Source: Bilabrum cf. latius
Lineage: Eukaryota
Direction: 5' to 3'
Assembly: GCA_965178125.1 (NCBI GenBank)
Contig: OZ237747.1
Span: 806,001-870,000 of the forward strand
Length of the DNA: 64,000 nt
Shown: in pieces, positions 51,501 to 62,700 of the stretch
Numbering within the stretch: the first letter of the stretch is position 1
Layout: each line of letters begins with the position of its first letter
The notes under the pieces: generated by a model
Databases searched by the model: none
Told to the model about the DNA's origin: nothing
The model's input: the letters and a program-made list of their open reading frames with translations, nothing else
Translations under genes and position numbers: made by a program

Positions 51501-53439
51501 GCGCTGGAAGGAGGCGAGGGAAGCCGCCTTGGAGATTCACAGAGGAGCGCAGCTGGCGGCCACCCTCCCTGCCGAGCAGCAGGACGATGGCGATGACGCA
51601 GCTGCGGCGGCAGCCGAACCTCAATCGAAGGAAGTCGATGTCGACGCGGATGCCGCGAAGACAGACGACAAGGCGGCATTCGAATTAGCCGCGAAGAAGA
51701 GGTGGCTCTACCAGGCAGGTGCTAGGCTGGACCCGAGCAGCGGCACAACCACAGTGCTTAGCACAACCCCAGTCGGGGACTGCACGGTTCGACTCCGGGT
51801 CATCCCGCTCCCCGATCCGATCCGGGATGCACTGACCAAACATGCCAAGGAAGTCGCGGAATTGCGCGGCGCCAGCGGAACCGACGAGATCGGAGCGGAC
51901 GGCACCCCTACAACACTGGACCGCAAGACGAGCGGTCCGGAGGAAGACGACTCGGAGCCGGAAACACCGACGAAGGAGCGCAGCACCGGCTCCAGGGCGA
52001 GCAGCAGGAGCCATCAGGACGCTCGTCACACCGCGTCGGCCCGCCGACTCCGGGACGCCCTTCTGACCGCAGCCGAGGAGGCCGGCGGGGCATGGCCAAG
52101 GAGGGTTGCCCTTGCCATGGAGATAGGCGACGCGGCCGTTGGACCGAACCTGCTCTGCTTCGAGGGGCGTCCAGACGGTACGGAGCCTGAGGGTCCAGCC
52201 GGCAGTGTGGCGGCGGCACTCACAGGCCGGGCGTGGCAGGGCGTTGCCGGTGGAAATGTAGGCAGCAGTGCCAGCGCGGAAAGCGGCGAGGCTCGGACCG
52301 CGGAAAGTGCAGGTCTAAGTGAAGGTTCCCCAGAGGGTTCCCCAGAGGACACCAACGTTGCCGTCGCGCCCTCGCTTCCAGCAACGGTAGATGCCGCCGC
52401 GGGATCGGTGTTTTCCTGCTGGGGCCGGGCGGGGATCAGCGGGGAACACATGGAGGCCGCATGCAGGGAGGCGGCATCGTCTGGGGCATCGCATGCCAGC
52501 GCAGCCTCCACTGCAGACGGCAACGGAACCGGTGCCTGTTCCGGTGCAGGTGCAAGCAACGGCGGCGCAGGTGCATCACGGGCTGCTGCATCAGCATCGG
52601 CACCTGGCGGGCATGCAGCGGGCCTGGATGGGCAAGCAGCGAGCACATCACCCTGGGACAGGTCTCCATGGAGAACAGACACGCCGTCGGGTCGGTCCGC
52701 CTTGTCCGTCCTCGCCCAAGTCGCAGGCGCAATGAGACAGGGTTTCGAGCTGGCTCTGAGGGCCGGGCCCTTGTGCGGCGAGCCCGTGTGGGGCGTATGC
52801 GTGTCCGTACACGACGTCATTCTGCACGGCGAAGAATGGGCAGGGGCGCTTAGCCCCGCCAGGGAACAAGAAACCGGTGTGACGAGTGATTCTACCGTCG
52901 CCATGGGAGGAAGCGTGCTTGGCTACTTGCTGGGGTGCACGCGGGTCGGCAGTGTCCTGGGGCTGGAGACGGGGCAGCGTCGCGTGGTGGAAGCCCTGTA
53001 TGCCTGCGAGCTGCACTGCTCCGCGGGGATGGGCGGCGGGGGCGAATTCCTCGGCCGGTTGCACGGGGTGGTGGCTCGTCGAAGGGGCGAGGTCAGGTCC
53101 GAGGAGGTGATTCCAGGCACAGAGACTTTCGTGGTGCGTGCAGAGCTGCCCGTGGCCGAGTCGTTCGGGTTTGCGACCGAGGTGAGGGATCGGACCAGCG
53201 GCCTTGCGACGTCCCCCCAGATGGTGCTTGCCCGCTGGCAGGTGCTCGATCAGGACCCGTACTTTGTTCCCCGCACTGCCGCGGAACGAGAGGAGCATGG
53301 CGACACGCTGCACAGGGGGTAGGCGAGGAACGTCGCGAGGGAGATGGTCGACGCGGCCAGGAGGAGGAAGGGCCTCAGGGTGGAGGAGCAGCTCGTGCAG
53401 AGCGGGGAGAAATAGAGGACGCTCGCGAGGAAGAAGTGA
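48569..53439 (+). CDS. EFL1: Elongation factor-like GTPase 1 (EFL1/RIA1), ~1,529 aa; exons 48569-48672, 48760-51146, 51341-53439; 3 in-frame TAG
   Basis: '[28 protein letters not shown]', 'RGITMKSS', '[11 protein letters not shown]', 'NKVD', '[11 protein letters not shown]', 'GELHLQRC', '[10 protein letters not shown]...RTSG.A..PQ', C-terminal '[22 protein letters not shown]'; introns of 87 and 194 nt; ends TGA. Confidence 0.93.
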
Positions 53440-53675
53440 CTGAGGTGCTCGGACGCGACACGGACCGCCTTTGGTTAATGTTCGGCGGCTATTGCACCTT
53501 GAGACTGAGGGAGGGGCGTGTGGCGCTGGTGCCGATTGGAGGGTACGGTGGGGTGCTTTACGAACGAACCTGCTCATGAATGTAGGTCGTGAAAGGTCGT
53601 GAAAGCTCTTGCATGATGTTCTGAGCAGAACAGCTGTTCAGGCTCAAGTGGACGACGAACACTGCAGCATCCGTA

Positions 53676-54441
53676 TCATCCACGGCCGGCTGCCGGGTCC
53701 TGGCTGCCAGCGTCCTCCTCCGACAAATCAACTTCTAGCGCCTCTTCCAGCTCCTTGGACGCTGCTGCAACTGCATCCTCAATATCATCAGCGGACTCCG
53801 CTGCACCAGTTCCTACCGACAGCTGTGCCTCCAGCTCTGCCGTCTCCCTCATGACATCCTCTGCAGTGAACTCTGGCAGCAGCTCAATCCATGTCTTTGG
53901 CTCGCCGCGCGCCTCTCTTTGGTCCCTATGCAATTTCAAGTATTCGCGAAGCTGCAACGCTTTCACCGATTTAAGCTTCTGCTCGGGAGTGTTTAGGATG
54001 TAGTTGTCGAAGCCGCCAACCTTATCCATCCATTTCATCACGTGGCTTGTGACAAGAACCTTGACGGGCTACTCAAGAGTATCACTCCAAATATGCTTCC
54101 ACCGGGCGTTCGGCTTCCATGATCTTCGGCTACTGCGATGCTTGAAAATAATGGAGACAGCCAGACAGCCAACGATGGCAACAACAATACTCAGAAAGAC
54201 TTTTCGGTTTGGAGAACTTTTCTCACGCATTCATGGCATGTGAGCGCTTGTTACCAAAACGAATCCGTTTTCCAGCCATTAGCCCTCGCTATCCTTTTCT
54301 GTATGGCACAGAGGGAATCTCAAGACCATTCAATTCTGGAAGAGATGGCAGTCGCTTCCAATATCCTTTTGGCAGACGCTTCCTCAAGCCTCGCTACAGC
54401 GGCTGTACTTTGCCAATCTTGTAGGCAACTTTAAGCGGCAT
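53676..54441 (-). CDS. MRPL28: Mitochondrial ribosomal protein bL28 (~223 aa); exons 54441-54227 and 54132-53676; 3 in-frame TAG
   Basis: 'RKG*RGLMAGKRIRFGNKRSHAMNA|SRRSWKPN...IWSDTLE*PVKVLVTSHVMKWMDKVGGFDNYILNT'; phase-2 intron 54226-54133 (GTGAGA..CGCAG, 94 nt); ends TGA. Confidence 0.85.
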
Positions 54442-54646
54442 TATGTGATTGGAACGTGAGAAAGAGCCGTGGCGATGAGGTGCACTTCGTCCATTTATAC
54501 AGTGCTGTATACGGTTTTGCAACACCGCGTGACATCGTGCGACCAAGAATACCGCGATTGGGGGACAGCGACCGCGAAGATGCGAGGCGCAGTTGCTCCT
54601 ACGCAACGCTTTGCGTAATCCTACGACTTGCATCAATTGATCCAGT

Positions 54647-57600
54647 ATGGGATGTTTTCCATCCTCGCAAGTGACGTAGGACATCGAATCCCTCCAAGGA
54701 GGCTAGATCGCTTCGAAATGCTCCGACGCGTCGAGCGAACCGGTGAGCACAAACATTCGATTCCTTGAACATGTGGTGCCGTTTAGTTGAACAAAGGCTA
54801 AGAATCATTTGATTGTTGCGCTGATTATGATGAATACCAAAGTTGATAGCGGAGAAAGTGCATAGCGCGCGTTCCTGGCGAGCTCGTACGTTGTTCCATA
54901 CCTGTCGACTACTGCCGTTCATTGCCGCAGGTACTCGCCGACGTACGCAATCTTGACTTCAGCAGACAATTGGATTATGCTTCAGGTGGCTACGTGCCTT
55001 CTGATGCTTTGGATGGCGTGTATCGCGGAAATGGACCCGCTACTGAGTCGGTCTTCCTGGCAGTTTGCGCGGCCAGAACGGAGGGTTCTCGGGCTTTTTT
55101 CCAGCCCAGCTACGGTGATTGTGACATAGTAGCTTAGTACTTGCTCCAGAAGGTATGGGGCGAAAGGGTTCTTCGGAAAGCAGGTCAGGGAGCTGAATCG
55201 ACTGGCAGCCAAGAGGGACCCACAACCATCTCAACTTCGTCTTCACATGGTGCTGTGAATCCTCACCTTCATGACGAGCGCCTTTTAGAAGTCCTTCCGT
55301 TCATTGCAAAAGGCGGCGAAGGCGCAGGTACCTTCTACCTGCAGGTCCAGTGGAAGCAGGATTGCCTCGGTTCGGGTGAAGAAATGGACCCAGCACAAGC
55401 CTCGCCCGGCGGCTCTAGTGGATTCTGGGTACTTCCCAGAAGGCATTTGCCACCTCTTGTGCGGTCTCCTAGTCTAATTGGCTTGTACGCCCAGCTTTAC
55501 CCGCTTTTGGGGCGAGGAAGCCTTGAGCTACCCACCGCAATGGACGCTGTTGGTCGGGCAGTAGCCTCCGCTGCGGTACCTGGACAGGGCGTTAGCGCAA
55601 GCCAGAAGGAATAGCAATCGGACAAGAAAGATTCATTGGTGGCAGGAGGGCTGGGCACAAATGGAACCGCCCGATCCTCGTCTCTCCTTGGAGAGAGTTT
55701 TGCTAATGCGACCAGCGACTCCAACGCAGCGATTCGCGTTCGACATTCTGAGCTGCGATCCAGCAGCCGTGTAATCACCCGCGCGTCTTCCCGGGTCCTT
55801 GCAGAGAATTCAAGCTTTCCCTGCAACTAGTCTGAGGTGACCGACGCAAGCCAGCTTCAGCGTTCCGGTGCAGCAACGGGTGTCTGGAGCGCATCGCTGG
55901 CGAAGCAGATGACCTCTGGCATGATCACGGACGCTCTGCCGCGATACGATTCGACGTGCTCTGACGCTGACAGATCAGCGGCATAGTCTTGCATGGATGC
56001 GCCGGGCGCCTCCTCCAAGGGCAGGACCCCCGTGAGAGCAAAGGATCGAGACACTGCATCCCAGAACGTCGACAAGGCCTCGTCCCCTACGTCGCAGGCG
56101 GCGGGGCGGGCAGCGAGCGCACTCGGAAATGCTTCTAGCATTAGATGCGAGAACAAGCAGGAGAACGCTTCGTCGTCGTCCTTCCTAGCAGCAGCAAGCC
56201 GAGGCATGGACGCTCAGCTCTAGCACCAGCACTCTCGCGATGCAGAGCTTGCGACATCGAACAGCACTGAGAGCCGAGCTCGGGCTGGGTCTATGGCCTC
56301 GCTGAGCTCGTCTGGGAAGCGCAGGACGCATCGCTGGGCAAAGCACGTGTCGGGACATGGCGGCGAGAGCCTTGGTGCGTCCGCCTCTGCGGCTGCTCGG
56401 CGAGCTTCCGCTGGCATAGAGGCGGAAATGCGCGGCGGTGACCTGGACCAGGCAGCGAATGAGACGAATGAAGGGGTTGCACAGGCCCGGAACTCCAACA
56501 ACTTGGCCACTTCTCCCTCAAATGGCGCATACAATGTCCCGATCGGGGCGGAGGTGGGCCAGCGGACAGCCAGCGGGGCGGGTACGCCTGGGCTGGCTGG
56601 ATCTGACGAAGTTACCACGGCCGGACTCAACAACGTGGTGTCTGTGACCTCTGCAGGCGGCAGCCTCGGCCATCTCTCTGAGAATTACAGCAAAGAAGGT
56701 TCTGGTTCTGGAGACTTCCAGATGAACGTGAACATGTAGCAGTGTACGGTGGGACCAGGGCGGTCCAAGCTGACTCTGCCTGGTATTGCTAGCAAAGGGC
56801 AGAAGCTGGGACAGCGGGCACCAGCCGGCAGCAAGAACTAGCTCCAAGCCAGCAAGAAGTACGCCCCCTTGCTCATCCACGAGCGCGCAGCCGCGCACAC
56901 TTCGTCGTCTCGCCGGGTTACCGCGGCTTTCTCCATCAGTGGTGCTGGCGGGGTGCCGAGGCGCCGCGGTGACGCCGGTGCCGGCTGTGCCGCGCTACTG
57001 CAGAGAAAGCCAGCGGCGATCTACTCGAAGCGGCCAACGAGCAAGTTACCTTCTCGCGACCGTGGAGATTCAGGATATTCCTCATCGTAGACGGGGACAA
57101 AGGAGGCCAGCAGCTCGCTCGCTAGCCTAGGGGACATGTCAAAGGAAGAGTTCGCGGCTGCGCCTGGCATGTTCGGTTCCTACGATGGCGCAATATCCAT
57201 GCCTGGGTCCGTGACGGCTCGTTCGGCCGAGGCATCGTCATTGGCTGATCTATCGGAGCATGGCACGATCGCCGCGTTGTCCCGCGGTCGGCAGACTAGA
57301 GAGGTCACATCGGGATCGGCAGGATCTCATTTGGGCCTCTCCGTGAATGCAAGCACTGCGGTGCACAGCTCAAGCGACAACGTGATCGCCCCCTACAGCG
57401 AGGCAGGCAGCATGGGGAACGGTTGGATCGGATCAGCCCGCGCACCGATCCGATCTGATCCGTCAGATCCAGGCGAGGACAGGGAGTCTTCCTAGGAGGC
57501 TGCAGTCAGGGACGGCAACAGCATGGAAGGTGGCATCGTCATGATGGCGCGCCACAGCCGCACTGGTAGTGGTGGCAAGAACCCCCACGGCCGCCGTGGC

Positions 57601-59199
57601 GTGTTTGCTCTGGCCGTGGAGCAGCTGGAGCCCGTCGACGAGACGAACGGAGGGTCTGCTTCCTGCCCCGAGCAGGACTCCATGAGCACCAGCGGGATCG
57701 TGAACTCGAGCGAGAGCAGGCAGGGCTCGTCTACCACTGGGTCGGGCGGGCGCCCTTCGCACACGCGCAGCAGAAACGGCAGTACGGGAGCTCGCAGTGA
57801 CCGGAGTGGCACCATTCAGACCAGTCAGAAAGACAAGGAAGGCAATAACAACAGCAGCAGCAGCCGGTCACAGAAGACGCCCACTGGATCCACATGCAGC
57901 GGTGAGGCAACTGGAGGTCCCAGTGGGCCGGGTAGTCATCACTCTGGCCCTCTGCGGAGCAGGGACTCATCCGGGATCATCAATCGTCTCATGCACGGCT
58001 CGAGCTCAAGCACGGGCTCCGGCTCAATAGCCGGAGTGGCCAGCAAGTCTGCTGTACTGCACCAAGCCAGTGCCAGGACGAGGATACAGGCAGGGAGGCG
58101 TGCTGCTTCAGTGTCCCGCAGCCAAGACAAGGAGGGCAGTGGTCGTTCTGTGGCCTGCAAGCAGTCCGATGGGGCTGTCAGGGGCTCTGAAGGCTCCCAG
58201 CTCTCCCGCACGAACGGGAGCACGAGGGGCCTGCATCACGTGCAGCAGCTGGCCATAGAAGAGAGCAAAGGAGCCGACGAGGCAGCGAGTGGCAGTTCTA
58301 CTGGCAGAAAGGCGAAGCCTGTCTCCGATGGGGCTGTCACGGATGGCAACAAAGGCCTTTCTGCCGGGGTCGACGAGGAACAGCACGGTAACCCGTTCGG
58401 CTCCTCTGACGAGAGCTCTTCGTCTTCGCGGGCGAGTCGCGGCCGGTCATATTCTATGGCTCGCATGCTACCAGGCACTGCCGGTCCCCTCGGGCAGCAC
58501 CGCTTCAAGCAAGCTCTGCAGTTCCGACAGAGTTTCGACGGGCATGGCAGCAGTCTAGCTATGCAGGGCCTGGGCACGCATTCCGAGGCGGTGCCGACGG
58601 ACGGCATGGCATCGACAAAGGAGGACTCAAAGCCCACATGGTTGCCCAGGCGGAAGAAAGCCCCATCGCAGAGGGCGTACGGCTTCAGGTTCAGGTATGC
58701 GAGGTGCCGCGTGACTGCGGCTCCATCCCGTGCTGCAGACGGCATGCGGTCAGTTCTCACGCTGCGCGTGCAGAAGCCAAGCATTGCAGGCAATGGCATG
58801 CCTTCGATTGCTGGGGCGTCGATGGAAGTTGCGATGGGGTCTGCCGAAAGCGGGGGCAACGGGAGCGATAGGTATCAGCTCCAGGCACCCCAGAGGCCTG
58901 AATCGCCTCCGATATTGCGTGCCAAGAGCCAAGCCGTTTCGCCCGGGCAAGCGGTGGAAGAAGAGGTCAGCTCGACACTCCTGAGGCCGATCGAGGCGCT
59001 TGCATTGCAGCGCGTGGCGATGGGAAAGGACAAGGACATGGCGGAGCACGCAGTAATTGCGATGACTCCGCTGTTTCTGATGCGAATCCCCAAGCTCCAC
59101 GCTGGCAAGTGGCTCGAGTATTTCAGGAAACAGGAGAACCAGGAGGCGCTGGACGGCGCGCTTGGGATTCAGGGCGGCGTGGTGGTCTCGATCATGTGA
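54647..59199 (+). CDS. Hypothetical ~1,454 aa Ser/Gly-rich protein with MGC N-terminus (possible myristoylation/palmitoylation); exons 54647-54742 and 54931-59199; about 11 in-frame TAG
   Basis: Phase-0 intron 54743-54930 (GTGAGC..CGCAG). Eight ORF-track fragments share one frame, separated only by TAG; ends TGA. Confidence 0.72.
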
Positions 59200-59709
59200 T
59201 CCGTGCATGTTGTACCTGGATCCGGCAGGAACCGTGCGACAGATCTAGCGTGATTTCTAGTAGGCCTCCATGCGCACTTGGGAGCTGGCTCGAGCGGCGC
59301 GACTCGCGGCAGAATTGAAATAGGTAGATGGCACCCACGAGGTGTCAATAGTGAAGTATTGGCGCGCACTCATTTGAGCGGTGCGCGCAAAACTGCTGGC
59401 TTGGCCAAAGCAGCGGCATGCAGTGGCGCGTGGAGACTCGGAAGTTTGCTTCCTATGGCCCCGCGCTGCGCCTGTCCGCCCTTGCCGGCAGCGATTATCA
59501 TGGGCGCTTTTTCGAAGCGTCGCGTTATGTTTGTGATTCCCAGCTAAATGTAGTTCGGTGATGTGCATTTACTGGTATGGTTATTGTGTTCGCTCGAAGC
59601 AAGGCCTCAGTGATTTTGGATGACCCTCACGAAGAACAATTGGATCCAAACCAGGAAAGCGCGATGTGCTCCCACTCCTGCGCTCAGCCTAGCTCGGCCA
59701 CGTTGCTCA

Positions 59710-62700
59710 TTACTGTCCGATGCGCCTGCGCTTTCTGCTGCGACCATTGCGAGGTCGTCCGGCTTCAGCCTCCCTTTCTTGGTCGAGATCCGGATCCTAT
59801 CGCTCGACACCTTCTGTCGATGCTACCTCGCCCCCCCCAGCATATTGTGACTGTGCCGCCTCATCCGGATGGCCGATCCCCCCACCTATTCTACGCCTTG
59901 CTAGGCCCCGGCCCCGGCCCCGACCCCGGCTCGATCTGGCAGACGGCCGGTGAGCCCGCCGCCTCTCCGCAGCTGTTTGCGCACGAGCTCCATCGCCGCC
60001 GTGTGCGGCAGTGCCAATGCCACCGCGTCCGGCTGTGGCGTTGGTCGTGTCACCACGACTGGCATCAATTGCAGGCTCTTCTCCTCCTTCCTCGTCTTCT
60101 TCCTGTTCATGTCTCCGCTTCCGACCCCTGCTTCCAGTGAAGCTGATCAGCGAGCCCGGTGCAGCTGGAGCACCCACCGACGCCGGGCTAGCACTCTGGC
60201 CAGTCTCTACCGCTGGCCTGCTCTGCTGTATGTCGCCCACACCGGAATCCTAGTGGGGGTCTGAGCTGGAGCTGGAGCTGGAGCTGGAGCTGGAGCTGGA
60301 GCTGGAGCTGGAGCTGGAGCTGGAGCTGGAGCTGGAGCTGGACGCAGCCGGAAAATCGGTGCCTTCACCGCTGGTTGATGCACCAGTCGCTGGATATGAT
60401 TCATCAAGTAGTCCAGCGGCTGCGTGCAATCTAGGTGGCGTCCACTCTGACCTCTCTCCTGAGCTTGTACCTGCACGTGTCGATACCATGAAGGCCCTGC
60501 GGCGGCCGGCGGTCCCAGAATCGATGGATTGACTCCCCATACCCTCTGATTCATGCGCTGGACCCCCAACAGGATCATCCTACCTCGCTCGACCTGAAGT
60601 TGTCCTGCGTGCTACAGGTGCAGGTGCAGGTGCAGGTGCAGGTGCAGGTGCAGGTGCAGGTGCAGGTGCAGGTGCAGGTGCAAGTGCAAGTGCAAGTGCA
60701 GGTGCAGGTGTAAGCATGAAATCGGCAACTGAGGCCTGATGCTACTCGCGAGGCACCATTCGGTCAACACTGCTAGTGCGATACCGGGTGCGCGATTGAT
60801 CGCTTGGCTCTCCCAGCATATCCCCTGCCAGTGGCGACGACCTAAAGTCGATAAAGTCATCCGCCGCTGTAGTTGCCATTGCTTCAGCCGATTCGATCCC
60901 GTATATATCAGAATCCAGGGACATGATCGACGCAGGGGAGGAGCTGCCGCGCATCCGCTCGTGAACGAGGGGACTGTCTCGTCCAGATTCGTCGTTCAAG
61001 CCGCTAGCAGTCGTCTCTTCCATCTAGCTTCGAAAGCGCTCGCCGTAGATAGCAGGTGGTGGCGAGCCGGCACCAGAGGCATATCCGAACGGACTGAGGT
61101 CAACTACATCAGCTACTAGGTTGGCATTGTGGCCCGCTGGCATTCCTAGTTCGTGCGCTCGACCAGCTCTTGGCCCAACAATGCGCAGCCTGGCACGATC
61201 TGCTTGGGGCGACTGATTGCCTGCGACCTCTTCTGCAACACCATTACTTTGCCAAGCGCGTGTAGAGGCAGGTTGTGGTCTGCATACCATGGGTGCAGAA
61301 GGTGACAGCCACTACAATAGTCTGTCAATGGGCCCCAAAAAAGGACCAGAAGACCCAGAGCAGGGCTGAGAGCGGCTGATTCTTGCCAGAATTCTATCAA
61401 TGCCAGCTTCACGGAGTCTATCCAGGTCGACTAGGCACAGGTCGACCCAGCGAATCAGGATGTCAGCTGCATTGCTACACAATCCAGGCAACGCTTGCAC
61501 TTGCGGGTCGTGCAGAGCTCGAAATATCCACTTCAAGATCGTATCGCTATACAGCCGCGATGCCGGCACCCCTTCATGTTCCGTGATGCGACAAAGCAGG
61601 GAGCACACAGAGCTTGTCATTGCCACCGACTGGCCAGGTGATGGCTATGAGAACAACGAACAAGCTCTGAGGCCGGCCGGCAAAACGCTTCGACTGCAAC
61701 TCAAGCTTGATGCAAGCCTATGCAAAATATCACAAGCCTATACGCGGTCCTGAACAGAGTAGGTGGATGTATCAATGCCTTGCACCACTGTCGGGATGAT
61801 TGCAGGTGCAACATATTCCACAAAGTAGCCTGGAATCTGCTCAACAAATCGCTGAAGGGGGGATAGCAGGCGCTGAAATCCCACCTAGTGACCTCGAACA
61901 AGTATGCTTACCATCGAATCGCTAAATACATGTGATGCAATCCCACGATGTGCTAGGGCGAGCGCATACAGCAGCTCAGATGCACATGGAAACCACTCTG
62001 CAGGTGCTTCACTAGATGCTGCCGAGAGCAACTGGATCAAGCCAAGACGCACAAGCTGCTTTTTAGCACTGTGCTTGAATCGCTTCTAGCTCAAACAGCA
62101 TTGAATGAGCTTCAAGGCTGCTCCCCAGACACGCTGACCATGATCGCTGCCGCCTTCTGGGGGCAGTCTGCGTAGCAGTCGAACGAGACTACGGAGTCCT
62201 CCTGAGGCAGCAAACGTTCCGAAGCAAACGGAGTTTGCTTCCAGCAGCTTTGTAGCAGCACCAATCGACCTAATACACACTTCGTGCGATTTAGCTTCAA
62301 ACTGCTGCACCAAGGCCAGAACAAGGCCAGACTTCCAGGCGTCCTTTGGTCGCACTTGAGGAGCCCGTGGCCCGGCGATGAGGCACAATACTGACTTGAC
62401 TTCGTGCTGGGAGCCCGATCGAAGATGGTCGCGCAGCTGTGTGTGCACAAGGGCAGCTCTGGTGGACTGCAGAACCACATCGGACATCGGCAAGCTTCGC
62501 AGCGCGCACATTGCGAGCTCCGCTCCGGCACCCTGCAGGTTGTCCAACATGGAATACACTAGGGTTGGGCAGCGCTCGAGGCGCTGCAGCAGCAGCCTCT
62601 TGAAGATCCGCGACAGGTGAGTCGCCGCCTGAGGCGCAGGATATGCAAGCCTGCCTTCACGTCGTAGTCGCTGCTCCGTGCTGTCTGTGATCCAGACTAG

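Noticed and set aside
60263-60710. Hexamer tandem repeats as a CRISPR array or telomeric repeat
   Set aside because: No spacers, not a telomere motif, and they lie in frame within a CDS (poly-S and PA repeats).
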